NCBI GenBank assembly: GCA_040219255.1
Contig: JAVJSW010000042.1
Span: 32,001-96,000 of the forward strand
Direction: 5' to 3'
Source: Sumerlaeia bacterium
GTDB taxonomy: Bacteria; Sumerlaeota; Sumerlaeia; SLMS01; JAHLLQ01
DNA: 64,000 nt
The notes beneath the pieces were generated by a model. The model saw nothing but the letters and a program-made list of their open reading frames with translations. It did no database searches and was not told the origin of the DNA. The position numbers and the translations under genes were made by a program. This document shows positions 1 to 9,723 of this stretch, piece by piece (within the stretch, counting starts at the first letter, position 1; each line of letters opens with the position of its first letter).

Positions 1-1204
1 GTTCCGCCGCCGATTTGCGCACCGGCATGTAACCCGTCTCGCGTGCCCACTGGGCGGTTTTTTCCTTGCTGGCCAGGAACTTCATGAACTCCCAGGCGCC
101 GAGTTGCACTTCGTCCGGCAGACGGCTCTGCTCCGTATAGCCCTGGCGGAAAATGCCCACGTTGGTCCCCTGCGCCAGCACCCGCCCATCGGTGTCGGCG
201 TCGCGGCTCGGCATCGGGTAGGCCCGCCAGATGAACTTGTTTCCCACCGCCATGTCGTTGAAGGGAAAGGACGCCGTCGAGCTGATGTACATGCCGATGA
301 TGCCGGCGCCGAAGGGGCTGTTGAGATAGTTGGACTCGACATAGCCGATACGTCCGTCGTCCTCGCCGAGAGCCAATTGGCGCAGGAATTCGAGCGCCGC
401 CTGCCCCTCCTCATTGGCAAAGGTGAATTCGTTCATGTCGTGGTCCATATAGTTCCCGCCCGCCGACATCAGCAGCGGCGTGAACGCCTCGATGAACGGC
501 CGCACGGCGAACCCATAGCGCTCGATGTTGCCGTCCTCGTCACGCTTCGTCATCCGACGCGCCACCTCCAGCATCTCGTCCCACGTCTCCGGCGGACCTT
601 CGTAACCCAGTTCCTTCAGCAGCGTGTCGTTCACAAAAAGCACGTAGACCGACTTGTTGAAGGGCAGGGTCACCAGCGTGGTCTCGCCGTTCTGGTAATC
701 GAGCCGGTAGCCATCCTCGGTCTTCGTCAGCGGATAGGACGAGTCCACGCGGAAAGAATCGATGAGGTCATCGACGTCCTCTCGCGTGAACTCCGGGTCG
801 ACTTCGATGAAAGCCTCGACCGGCTGAAGGCACTGGAACTTGAGGAAACGCGTGACCCAGGACTCGTACATTTGCGAGCAGGCCGGTTGCTGGCCCGCGT
901 AAAGGGACGCGATGAGTTTTTGCTGCAACTCGTTGTACCGGCCCTGATAGGTTGAAACGACGTAGTACGGATTGTCCGGCAGAGCATTGAATTCATCGAT
1001 GATAGCGTTCAGGCTACGGGCTTGGCCACCGCCCATGGCGTGCCAGAAGGTGACCTCGATGCGGCCCTCACTGGGCGCTTCGGTGCGCCGGAAATCCTCG
1101 GCGGTGCGGGCTTCCGCGGAGCAACCCAGCAGCCCCGCCACCAAAACCAAGCAGGCCATCGCGCCCAATGCGCGCGCCAGAAGCTTCACTCTTTTCGCAA
1201 TCAC
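1..1204 (-). CDS. ABC transporter substrate-binding lipoprotein, family 1 (sugar/glycerol-3-phosphate, UgpB-like); 3' end runs off the window
   Basis: Not in the ORF track. My translation from GTG at 1204 (GAGG RBS upstream) gives signal peptide and lipobox LLGC, then IEVTFWHAMGG, LPFNKSVYVLFVN, PPETWDEM, AWEFMKFL and WARETGYMPVRKSA, typical of SBP_bac_1 proteins. Confidence 0.88.
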   Translation of the reverse strand, partial: MIAKRVKLLARALGAMACLVLVAGLLGCSAEARTAEDFRRTEAPSEGRIEVTFWHAMGGGQARSLNAIIDEFNALPDNPYYVVSTYQGRYNELQQKLIASLYAGQQPACSQMYESWVTRFLKFQCLQPVEAFIEVDPEFTREDVDDLIDSFRVDSSYPLTKTEDGYRLDYQNGETTLVTLPFNKSVYVLFVNDTLLKELGYEGPPETWDEMLEVARRMTKRDEDGNIERYGFAVRPFIEAFTPLLMSAGGNYMDHDMNEFTFANEEGQAALEFLRQLALGEDDGRIGYVESNYLNSPFGAGIIGMYISSTASFPFNDMAVGNKFIWRAYPMPSRDADTDGRVLAQGTNVGIFRQGYTEQSRLPDEVQLGAWEFMKFLASKEKTAQWARETGYMPVRKSAAE

Positions 1205-1342
1205 GAGCCCAACCATCCTCGTTCGTAGAGTTCAAAACGACCCATCGGCCGGGCAGAGCGTGAAAGAACCCCCACGCTCCACGCAAGGAGAAGGCGCCAT
1301 GAACCTCTGTTAGGGAATCGTGGGCAGCGCCGGGGGGCGTGC

Positions 1343-2956
1343 CTAATCCAAGCTGTAGCCTTCGAGCGATGGCGCGAGGAAAGGGGTGAGAATGGCGAAG
1401 CCGCGGCTATTTCGCCGAATGAAAATCAGGCTGGCGCCCTCATCCGGCTCAACAGCCCCCGGGTCGCCCATGGAGGTGGTCAGAATCCGGAGCGACAAAT
1501 CCCGGCCGTCGAAAAGCACGATCTCCCAGGTGGACGGTTCTCCGGTCGATCGCTGGGCGCTCCAGATAACCTGGTCCGGAGGCACAAGGAAGTCGCGGTC
1601 GGGAGAGAAAGCGATCAGATCGATGGTCGCAGCTTCCTCCAGCTTCTCCGCCGGCCCTTCGGGAAAGAGGGGAATGCGCCACAGTTCCTGAAAGCCGCCA
1701 ACCCGGATCAGCGTCACAAAAAGCTGCGTCTTGGCCGGGTTGAACTGCATTTCATGGACTTGAACGACACCCGTCCCGAAGGCCTGCTCCAAGTCGAATT
1801 GCCCCCGCAGTCCGCTCGGGGGGCGAGCCATGACAAACAGCGTGTCGCTGGTGGCGCCGGATAGGAAATTGCCGTCTTTGGCAACACCAACGCTCACGAG
1901 TTGCGCATTGGCGCGGGCCTCGGAAGGGCCATCGATTTCCCTGGCTTGGCCGTAAAGAAGAGAAATGAGCCGCCCATCGGACGCCAGAATCGCGTCGAAT
2001 TCCGCACTTTCTCCCGTGCGGAAGACTTGAGGATTTGTGTCGCGCAGGAGGAGTGTGGGCGTCGTCTCGGCGAGCAATTCCAAATAGTAAACGGCGATCG
2101 GTGAAGTGACTTCATCGTCAGCAACAGTGCGAATGTAAAGATCCGTGGGAACAAGGATTGGCGCTTTGACCAGGAATTCGACGACTTGTTCACCGGCAGG
2201 CAGGCCGAGCGACTGCTGGAAGACGACATCGGCGCGGGTTGGACTGATGGCGAGCAGAACCCGGTCGTCTCCCCCGCTCTTCAGGGCCGCCTCCACGATC
2301 AGGGTCTTGGTGAAGGTGCCAAGCACCGACAAGAGCCGCACTGGCTCCCAGTCTGACGGTCCGAAATCGAACAGCGTCGTCTGGTCCAAGGCTCCACCGC
2401 TGAAATCCAGCAAATCCACCTTCAGCTCGCCCGGATCATCAGTCGAGTTCTCCGAATAGAGCACATAAACGTGATCGTCCGCCTCCAGCGCCTGCCAGAT
2501 GCGGCCATCGGGCAAGTCCAGCACCGCCAGCGATTGAGACGTCTCGGTCGCATCCTGTGCCAGAATCAAGCTATTGAACCGCCTCGCCTGGCCATTGCCA
2601 ACGTTCGAAAACGCCGGGATGAGGACGTGTGCGTTGTCATTCGGAAACAGAATGGAGGAGCCGAGGTAGGGCTCGATACCGTCCGGGAAGGGCGCGTTTT
2701 CCTGCAGCAGCCGCCCATAATAGTTGAAGTGAGTACTGCGGCCATCAGCTCCGGTGAACAGCAGCGCCGTCGGCACGCTGAAGCCTTCAACCAGAAACTC
2801 GTTCGAAAACCCATCCCCCGCGAACGGATCGCCCTGGCCGCCGAGGCCGCCGGGCAGTGGAACAATGGACTGCGCCGGCAAGGTGCCACCTAGAGCTAAG
2901 AGAAGACCAACAAGGCCAAAGAAAAGGGAGGGCGAACTCCCCGAGCAGGATTTCAT
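1343..2956 (-). CDS. Secreted hypothetical protein, probably beta-propeller/TolB-like
   Basis: 537-aa ORF with N-terminal hydrophobic signal and beta-rich repeats (FNPAKTQLFVT, LIAFSPDRD); 4-bp overlap with the upstream ABC ATPase stop. Confidence 0.6.
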   Translation of the reverse strand: MKSCSGSSPSLFFGLVGLLLALGGTLPAQSIVPLPGGLGGQGDPFAGDGFSNEFLVEGFSVPTALLFTGADGRSTHFNYYGRLLQENAPFPDGIEPYLGSSILFPNDNAHVLIPAFSNVGNGQARRFNSLILAQDATETSQSLAVLDLPDGRIWQALEADDHVYVLYSENSTDDPGELKVDLLDFSGGALDQTTLFDFGPSDWEPVRLLSVLGTFTKTLIVEAALKSGGDDRVLLAISPTRADVVFQQSLGLPAGEQVVEFLVKAPILVPTDLYIRTVADDEVTSPIAVYYLELLAETTPTLLLRDTNPQVFRTGESAEFDAILASDGRLISLLYGQAREIDGPSEARANAQLVSVGVAKDGNFLSGATSDTLFVMARPPSGLRGQFDLEQAFGTGVVQVHEMQFNPAKTQLFVTLIRVGGFQELWRIPLFPEGPAEKLEEAATIDLIAFSPDRDFLVPPDQVIWSAQRSTGEPSTWEIVLFDGRDLSLRILTTSMGDPGAVEPDEGASLIFIRRNSRGFAILTPFLAPSLEGYSLD

Positions 2957-4767
2957 TCCAGCAGTCCTCGTTTTGCCTGCTTTTCCCGGATTTCCTCCGG
3001 CGTGATGCGCGGGATCGATTCGATCAGCCGCTCGGTGTAGGGGTCTTTCGGGTGATGGTACACTTCCTCCGCCGGGCCCGCTTCCACGATTTTGCCCGCG
3101 TACATCACTGCGATGTCATCACTCATGTATTTGATGACCGAAAGGTCGTGGCTGATGAAGATGTAGGACAGCCCGAGATCGTCCTGCAGATCCTTGAGAA
3201 GATTCAGGATCTGGGCCTGCACTGACACGTCGAGGGCGGACACCGATTCGTCGCAGATGATCATTTCCGGTTCCACCGCCAGCGAGCGGGCGATGGCGAT
3301 GCGCTGACGCTGACCGCCGGAGAACTCGTGCGGGAATCGCTTCATGGCGTCCGCCGGCATGCCGCATTTTTCCAGCAGCTCCGCCACCTTGTCCACGCGT
3401 TCTCGTGGGTTGGGATAGAGGTTGTGGATCACCATGCCCTCCATCACCGCCTGCTTGATGGTCATGCGGGGATTGAGCGAGCTGTAAGGGTCCTGGAAAA
3501 TCATCTGGATGCGCTTGCGGGCCGAGCGCAGCGCCCCGCCCTTGAGATGGGAGAAGTCCTGGCCTTCGAACTCCACCTTGCCGCCGGTCGGTTCCACCAG
3601 CCGCAGAATCGCCCGGCCGGTCGTCGTCTTGCCGCAACCCGACTCGCCCACCAGGCCCAGCGTATGGCCTTTGTGGACCTGGAAGGAAATACCGTCGACG
3701 GCCTTCACCATGCCGACGGTCTTGCTGAAAAAGCCCTTCTTGATCGGGAAGTGAACCTGCAAGTCTTGTACTTCCAGGATCACGGGGCGCGCATGGACGT
3801 CCTTGTGGCGCGCTTTGATTTCTTCGTCGCTGTAAACGTGGCAGCTCTTCGCCAGACCCCGCGCGTCGAGTTCCTCGCCCCCCTCGAGGAAATCCGCCAC
3901 CGTGCGCAAGCGATCGACCTTGACGTCGAGTGGCGGCCGGCACGCCAGCAGGCCCTGGGTGTAGGGGTGCTGGGGCCGGGTGAGGATTTCATGCACCGGG
4001 CCGAATTCCACCAGTTCGCCGCGGAACATGACCGCTACGTAGTCGCTGATTTCCGCGATCACACCCAGGTCATGGCTGATAAACATGATGGCCATGCCGC
4101 GGTCGTCGCGCAATTTCAGCATCAGTTCCAGAATCTGCTTCTGAATCGTCACGTCCAACGCCGTCGTCGGCTCGTCCGCGATCAGCAGCTTGGGGTCGCA
4201 AGCCAACGCCATCGCGATCATCACGCGCTGCTTCTGACCACCCGACATCTGGTGCGGATAGGAGCCGAAGCGGCGCTCGGGGTCGGGAATGCCGACCTCG
4301 TCGAAGAGGGTGATGACGCGTTTCTTGGCCTCCTGCTTCGAAACGTTCTGATGGATGATGATGGCCTCGGCGACTTGATCCCCGACGGTGAAGACGGGGT
4401 TGAGCGACGTCATCGGTTCCTGGAAAATCATGGAAACGTCACGGCCGCGAATGCCGCGCAGTTTCCTCTCGGAAACCTCCAGCAGATTGTCGCCATTGAA
4501 GTAGATGGCTCCGCCCTTGAAAACTCCCGGCGGCGTCGGGATCAGCCGCAGGATGCTCATCGCCGTCACCGACTTGCCCGAGCCCGACTCGCCCACCACG
4601 CCAAGGGTCTGACCGGCGGCCAGGCGGATCGAGATCTCCTTGACCGCCTCCACCTCGTCGCGGTCCGGCGTCTTGAAGGAAACCTGAAGGTTTTCGATGC
4701 TCAGAAGGGGACGGCCGCTCGCATTGGCCGGTGTCTCCGTCTGGGTCGGGGTCGAAGTTTCCGTCAT
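2953..4767 (-). CDS. Dipeptide/oligopeptide ABC transporter ATP-binding protein with two fused ATPase domains (OppD/OppF, YejF/GsiA-like)
   Basis: Two Walker A motifs ([16 protein letters not shown]), two signatures ([16 protein letters not shown]) and HPYT/DPYT C-terminal motifs. Confidence 0.95.
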   Translation of the reverse strand: MTETSTPTQTETPANASGRPLLSIENLQVSFKTPDRDEVEAVKEISIRLAAGQTLGVVGESGSGKSVTAMSILRLIPTPPGVFKGGAIYFNGDNLLEVSERKLRGIRGRDVSMIFQEPMTSLNPVFTVGDQVAEAIIIHQNVSKQEAKKRVITLFDEVGIPDPERRFGSYPHQMSGGQKQRVMIAMALACDPKLLIADEPTTALDVTIQKQILELMLKLRDDRGMAIMFISHDLGVIAEISDYVAVMFRGELVEFGPVHEILTRPQHPYTQGLLACRPPLDVKVDRLRTVADFLEGGEELDARGLAKSCHVYSDEEIKARHKDVHARPVILEVQDLQVHFPIKKGFFSKTVGMVKAVDGISFQVHKGHTLGLVGESGCGKTTTGRAILRLVEPTGGKVEFEGQDFSHLKGGALRSARKRIQMIFQDPYSSLNPRMTIKQAVMEGMVIHNLYPNPRERVDKVAELLEKCGMPADAMKRFPHEFSGGQRQRIAIARSLAVEPEMIICDESVSALDVSVQAQILNLLKDLQDDLGLSYIFISHDLSVIKYMSDDIAVMYAGKIVEAGPAEEVYHHPKDPYTERLIESIPRITPEEIREKQAKRGLLE

Positions 4768-4849
4768 GGGCGCGTATCCTGTGCGTCGAAAATGTGTGGC
4801 ATAGTGGTGTGCCGGAGCCAGCGGCGGGCCGTCAAGCCATCGCTGAACC

Positions 4850-5749
4850 TCAGCGGTTCAAGAACTTGCGGGCGATCATCGTTTCCGTCGCCACCTCGGC
4901 GAAAGGCACAAACCGTTTTCGCGCCAATTGCAGCATGGGCTGGTTGTTCGCCATCACGCGAAAGATCGTCTTCTTCAAATGCGCCGGTTCGCCTCCGGCC
5001 TGCTTTTTCAGCGCCACGCACACCAACTGCAGGCCAAGACCGGTGCCTTGATAGCGCTTATCCACATGCAGGCAGCAGTGCTCGACGGTGTCTTCCGCCG
5101 TCTGGAACGCGATCGTCCAGCCGACCACATCCCCGCCCTTGCGCAGGCCGAAGCTAAGTTCAGGCACAAAACGGTCGTCGAAAGCGAAGGGATCGAGCGC
5201 GGCCGGATGGCCGTCCTCCGCGCCGCGGCCGGCCTGGATCCGCCGCCGTTCCTCCAGCGTCAGACGCCCCCACGGAAAGGCCTCGAAACCCTCCGGCAGG
5301 GAAACCTCCTCCAGCCACGGCAGGTTCGCCGGTTCGCCCCGCGCCTGAATATGAAGCGTCTCCGGCTGCGCAAACCCTGTCTTCGAAAGGATGCGTTCGA
5401 TGGCCTCGCGATTGGGCCAATCGGTCCGGTATTGCAGCGTTACGCCCCGCAGGCCTTTCTCCTTCAGCTTCATCAGCAGACCGCTCATTAACTGAAAGCC
5501 AATGCCTTGCTTGCGGTGGGCGGGTAGTACGCGCCACGTGATAACCTGCGCCACTGGTTGCTCGGGGTGGAGTTCCGCCACGATCGCCCCGACGGGGGCT
5601 TGACCGTCCCCCGCCGCCACGCCAAACAGCGGCCCCTTGGGCTTGTCGGCGTACCACAGCTTGGACACCGGCGGAAAAGTCAGGTCCTCGCGCTTGAGCA
5701 GCACCTGCGGGTCGAGATTCTCCAAGAGTCTAAGGGCAACGGCGGTCAT
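4850..5749 (-). CDS. Tandem GNAT N-acetyltransferase (resembles microviridin MdnD/MvdB-type)
   Basis: Two acetyl-CoA motifs (VLPAHRKQGIG, VDKRYQGTGLG); FPWxxLTxEER...DPF...SFGLRxxGDVVGW pattern; C-terminal NQPML. Confidence 0.8.
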   Translation of the reverse strand: MTAVALRLLENLDPQVLLKREDLTFPPVSKLWYADKPKGPLFGVAAGDGQAPVGAIVAELHPEQPVAQVITWRVLPAHRKQGIGFQLMSGLLMKLKEKGLRGVTLQYRTDWPNREAIERILSKTGFAQPETLHIQARGEPANLPWLEEVSLPEGFEAFPWGRLTLEERRRIQAGRGAEDGHPAALDPFAFDDRFVPELSFGLRKGGDVVGWTIAFQTAEDTVEHCCLHVDKRYQGTGLGLQLVCVALKKQAGGEPAHLKKTIFRVMANNQPMLQLARKRFVPFAEVATETMIARKFLNR

Positions 5750-5752
5750 CGA

Positions 5753-6844
5753 TCATCCTCGGCCATAAAGTTCCACGGTCTTGCGCACACTCTCTTCCAC
5801 GGAGAAGAGCCGGGCGCGAGCGAAAGCGGCGCGGCCGGCTTCGGCGATTTTCTCCGGCGCCGCCTGCAAGCCCCGCAGCACCGGAACCCACGCCTCCACG
5901 TCATCCGGCAGGACATAGCCCCCGTTGCCCTCGCCGCCAAAGACCTCGCGGTTCGGCGGGATGTCGCACACCAAAGAGCCGCGCCCTTGGGCGCACACTT
6001 CCAGCAGCGTGTTCGGGAACCCCTCGCGCTCGCTGCTCGACAGATAGAAATCCGCCGCTCGGATCAGGGGACGGATGTCCGTCTGCCAGCCGTGGAACGT
6101 GACCGCGTCCTCGATGGCGAGTTCCGCCACGAGGCGCTGCATCTTGCCCATTTTCGGGCCGTCGCCCGCCAGATCCAGCCGTACCGGTACCCCGGCCCTC
6201 TGAGCCGCCGACACGATCCGCAGGGCCAAATCGGCCCGCTTGGCCGTCACAAAACGTCCCGCCCACAGCAATCGCAGCGGTTCCGCCTCGCCCCCTGGCC
6301 GGTCTCGCGGAGGGGCGGCCTCGGAGGGGACTTCCACCCCGTTGTGGATCAGGGCGATCTTGCCCGCCGGCAGTCCGGCGGCGAGCAGCGGTTCGCGGAC
6401 CGACTCGCTGACCGCCACCAGCGCGTCGGCGGCGCGGCTCAGCAGCCGGGCGCTTCGCTCCTGGCCCGGGCCGCTGAAGGGAGTCTGGCTGTGATAACCG
6501 TTCACGATCCGCAGCCCGCCTTTGCACGCCACGAATGCCCCGTTCACCGCGCAGTTGGCCGCGTGCATGTGCGAATGAACGATGTCGAACCGTCCCGCCT
6601 GGACCAGTTTCCGCAGCCGCCACAGCCCCACCGGATCGAGCCGCGAGCGGAACGGCACCATATGCACCGTCGCACCGGCGTCGCGAAAGGCAGAGGCCAT
6701 ATCTCCCTCTTCCTTCAGACACGCGACCTCGACCGCGACGCCCGCGTCCCTCAACAGCGGAACCATCCGCAGCATCATGCGTTGCACGCCACCCGTTTGC
6801 AGATCGTAAATCACGCGCAGGACACGCAGGGGCGGTGGATTCAT
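5753..6844 (-). CDS. Glycosyltransferase family 4 (GT-B)
   Basis: Start moved to ATG 6844 (MNPPPLRVLRVIYDLQTGGVQR); DIVHSH, IHNGV and SSEREGFPNTLLE (EX7E) motifs. Confidence 0.93.
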   Translation of the reverse strand: MNPPPLRVLRVIYDLQTGGVQRMMLRMVPLLRDAGVAVEVACLKEEGDMASAFRDAGATVHMVPFRSRLDPVGLWRLRKLVQAGRFDIVHSHMHAANCAVNGAFVACKGGLRIVNGYHSQTPFSGPGQERSARLLSRAADALVAVSESVREPLLAAGLPAGKIALIHNGVEVPSEAAPPRDRPGGEAEPLRLLWAGRFVTAKRADLALRIVSAAQRAGVPVRLDLAGDGPKMGKMQRLVAELAIEDAVTFHGWQTDIRPLIRAADFYLSSSEREGFPNTLLEVCAQGRGSLVCDIPPNREVFGGEGNGGYVLPDDVEAWVPVLRGLQAAPEKIAEAGRAAFARARLFSVEESVRKTVELYGRG

Positions 6845-7108
6845 ACCTTCCGCAGCCCGCAGGCGTTCTTGCCGACTGACTCGGTCCCGGCGAACGGGGC
6901 AATGCAAACAACCGCCGACAGCGGACAAACGGCGAAGAACCGGAGGAAGCAAACGCGTCGAATCATCATGCCCGACATTGCTGGGCCCTCCGCTTTGTCG
7001 TCAAGTCGCGGATGAACCGGCACTTCCCTTGCGCCGCAGAGCGTGGATGGGCTCACTGCCGCCAGAAACGATTTCCCTTTGACACAGTAAGGACCAGAGC
7101 GAGTCATT

Positions 7109-7591
7109 ATGCTCTCACGAATCCTCTCCATTCTCCAGGAAAACGCCCGCCTCACCAGCGGCCAGATCGCCGAGCGCCTCGGCGAAGACGCCGCCGAAGT
7201 GGACCGCGTCCTCGCGGAAGCCGAAACCGCCGGCAAAATCCGCGGCTACCGCATCATCACCAGCGACGATGTCCATCCCGACGACCACGTCGTCAGTGTC
7301 GTCGAGGTGGGTCTCGTGCCCGAGCGCGACCGAGGCTTCGACCGCATCGCCGAGCGCATCGCCCGATTCCCGGAGGTCCTGTCCTGCGCCCTCATGAGCG
7401 GCTCCTACGATTTGTTGGTGACGGTCAAGGGCCGCTCGCTCCAAACCGTGGCATCGTTCGTCAGCGAACGACTCGCCACCATCGAAGGCGTCCGCTCCAC
7501 CCGGACACACTTCGTCCTTAAGCGATACAAGGAGGACGGCGTCATCCTCTTTGGCGAAGAAGAGCCAACCCGCCTTCCCGTCTCGCCCTAA
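7109..7591 (+). CDS. Lrp/AsnC family transcriptional regulator (YugG/AlaR-like)
   Basis: N-terminal HTH (LQENARLTSGQIAERLG); RAM domain LMSGSYDLLV...STRTHFVLKRYK. Confidence 0.93.
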   Translation: MLSRILSILQENARLTSGQIAERLGEDAAEVDRVLAEAETAGKIRGYRIITSDDVHPDDHVVSVVEVGLVPERDRGFDRIAERIARFPEVLSCALMSGSYDLLVTVKGRSLQTVASFVSERLATIEGVRSTRTHFVLKRYKEDGVILFGEEEPTRLPVSP

Positions 7592-7718
7592 GATAAAAAG
7601 CCGCCTTGCGCTGCGGCGTCCTCTCGACTCTTCTTTTTCCTTAGAGGCTGGAAAAAGGCGTTCCCTTCACACCGAACCGCCGCCCCTTCCACCCACCCCC
7701 GCGACAGGATCGACTTCT

Positions 7719-8852
7719 ATGCCGCCGGCTGAAAATCCTTCACCTTCCGATCTCGACGTTCTCCAAGCCCTCCTCGAGAGCGGCGTCCTGACGGAAGATC
7801 AAGCACGCCGTGTCCGCGTCGCCGTCGAAGGCGGAATGGACCTGATGGACTCCGTTCGCGCCACGCCGCTGGTCGAGCCCCTGCAACTCCTACGCGCCCG
7901 CCAGAACGCCGTCATCCAGTCCAAAATCCGCGCCCAGTCTTCCGCCCAGGACAATTCCCCCGTCGTCGTTCCCATGTCTTCCCCCGACGATGACAAACCC
8001 ATCACCCATTTCGACGACGCGGACGTCATGGAAATCGAGTTCGAGACCGACTTGGACGACGAAGGCAGCAAGCCGACCATGAAGTTGAAGGCTCCCAACC
8101 TCTCACGAGAGCCCGCCATTCCCCGGCCCACCACCGAGGAAGAAGAGCTGATGAATCGGCCCGCCACCCCGAAGGAAGACAAAATCGCCCCCGGCATCAC
8201 CGACACCATGATGGACGAGATGGACTTCGACTCCGACACCCCCCAAGCCATGGTGCGCGCCGACATCCTCGGCAGCGACGATGAACTGATGCTCGACGAT
8301 GAACCGCCCAGCGGCGGCCTCGACAACGAACTGATCCTTCCCAGCGACCCCACCGCCGAGGAATATCGCGAGGAATACGCCAGCCGCGAAGCAGTCAAGA
8401 AACAGGCGGCCGAAGGCGTCAAAGCCCCCGAATCCCTCGCTCTGCCCGCCGACAGCACCGGCTATCGCAAACCGAATCAAGCGCCCCCGACCTACAACCT
8501 GGCGGATGACGAGGGCATCAACCTCATCAAGAATGTGAACGACAAACTCGCCCAAGCCATCGCCCAAAAACGCGCCGCCCTGTGGCTCGGCGTCGAAGGC
8601 GACGAAGCCCTCATCGGCGAATACGGACCCGGCGGCAAACGCCAGAACGTCGTGATCGAGGACGCCGAACTCATCCGCAAAATGATCAACCGGCTGAAAA
8701 TCATGGCGCGCATTCAACCCTGGCGCACGGAAGGCGGCCAGGGCGCTTTCCATGCGCTCAATCAAGGCCTCGACTACACCGGTCTGGTCGAAGCCTCGTC
8801 CACCGGCGGCCTCGAAAGCGTCCTCGTTACTTTGCGCCCCGGCAAAGTCTAG
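7719..8852 (+). CDS. Hypothetical protein with PilB/GspE N-terminal-like domains and an acidic linker; no ATPase domain
   Basis: Likely ATG at 7719 after ACAGGA; ALLESGVLTEDQARRV (MshEN/GspE-N-like); C-terminal INRLKIMARI...LESVLVTL resembles the GspE N2 domain; no Walker A. Confidence 0.6.
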   Translation: MPPAENPSPSDLDVLQALLESGVLTEDQARRVRVAVEGGMDLMDSVRATPLVEPLQLLRARQNAVIQSKIRAQSSAQDNSPVVVPMSSPDDDKPITHFDDADVMEIEFETDLDDEGSKPTMKLKAPNLSREPAIPRPTTEEEELMNRPATPKEDKIAPGITDTMMDEMDFDSDTPQAMVRADILGSDDELMLDDEPPSGGLDNELILPSDPTAEEYREEYASREAVKKQAAEGVKAPESLALPADSTGYRKPNQAPPTYNLADDEGINLIKNVNDKLAQAIAQKRAALWLGVEGDEALIGEYGPGGKRQNVVIEDAELIRKMINRLKIMARIQPWRTEGGQGAFHALNQGLDYTGLVEASSTGGLESVLVTLRPGKV

Positions 8853-8911
8853 CGGGTTTTCGGTTCTCTAGGCGGCTCCGCTCGGGTTGGAGCCCTTCGC
8901 CTCTCGATTCC

Positions 8912-9619
8912 TCAGTAGCTCGCCGCGTCCCGCAAAAACCGCGGATACCCGCCGCCCGCGATGTCCAGGACGTAGTTCGGGTTCATCGGGTCGCCCACAA
9001 TGTCCGGATTGGCTTTGACCCATTCGCCGATGCTTTGCTCCGGACCGGACAGCCGCACAGCGTTGGCCGAGTTCGACTTCACCACCCGGTTCACCGTCGT
9101 GCTGCGCCGCACCGCGCCGTTCATGATCTGCACCTTGGCGGAAACGTCCCCCAATTCAGCGGTTTTCTCGTCGAACGCTTCCATGTCGGTCCAGTACAGG
9201 CCAGACAAGGCATAAAGCTTGGCGACGGGATTTTCTTCCTGGTAGAGCCGCTGAAACACCTGCGCCTTCGCGTCCGCGTCGCGCAGCAGCGTTTGAAAGG
9301 CGATGATTTCTTGCGGGGTCTGCTGGCCGATGCCAAAGGAAACCGTGGTCGCGAAAACCTCAGCTTTGGCAAGAGTCTCGTAGGCCTGCTGGCTTTCCGG
9401 GCTCAGTTCCGATTTGGATGCTTCCACGGGCGCGCTGCTTTCGTCGGGAGCGGGTTGAGTGGCGGGGGTTTGCGGCGCGGTTTCCACGGGCGTCGGTTCC
9501 GCCGGTGTGGCCGCTTCGTCCGCCGACTTGCCCTTGCCGTTCTTGCAGGCCGCGCCTCCCATCAGGAGTGCCGCCATCAGCGCGGCGAACGAAAGGCTTT
9601 TCAAAGTTTCAGTCATCAT
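8912..9619 (-). CDS. Hypothetical lipoprotein
   Basis: Signal peptide with lipobox GGAAC, Pro/Ala/Thr-rich tether, then a helical domain. Confidence 0.7.
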   Translation of the reverse strand: MMTETLKSLSFAALMAALLMGGAACKNGKGKSADEAATPAEPTPVETAPQTPATQPAPDESSAPVEASKSELSPESQQAYETLAKAEVFATTVSFGIGQQTPQEIIAFQTLLRDADAKAQVFQRLYQEENPVAKLYALSGLYWTDMEAFDEKTAELGDVSAKVQIMNGAVRRSTTVNRVVKSNSANAVRLSGPEQSIGEWVKANPDIVGDPMNPNYVLDIAGGGYPRFLRDAASY

Positions 9620-9723
9620 TGGTTTTTTCCTGCGTAGCATGGGGGGATTGCGTCTTCTAGGGGACAACCAGGGAGGCGCCGGGGTTCACACTAAGCGGCC
9701 CCTTCGGTGCCCGGCGAAAGCCC

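Noticed and set aside
104-955. 283-aa plus-strand ORF
   Set aside because: Antisense shadow of the minus-strand substrate-binding protein, which has clear family motifs
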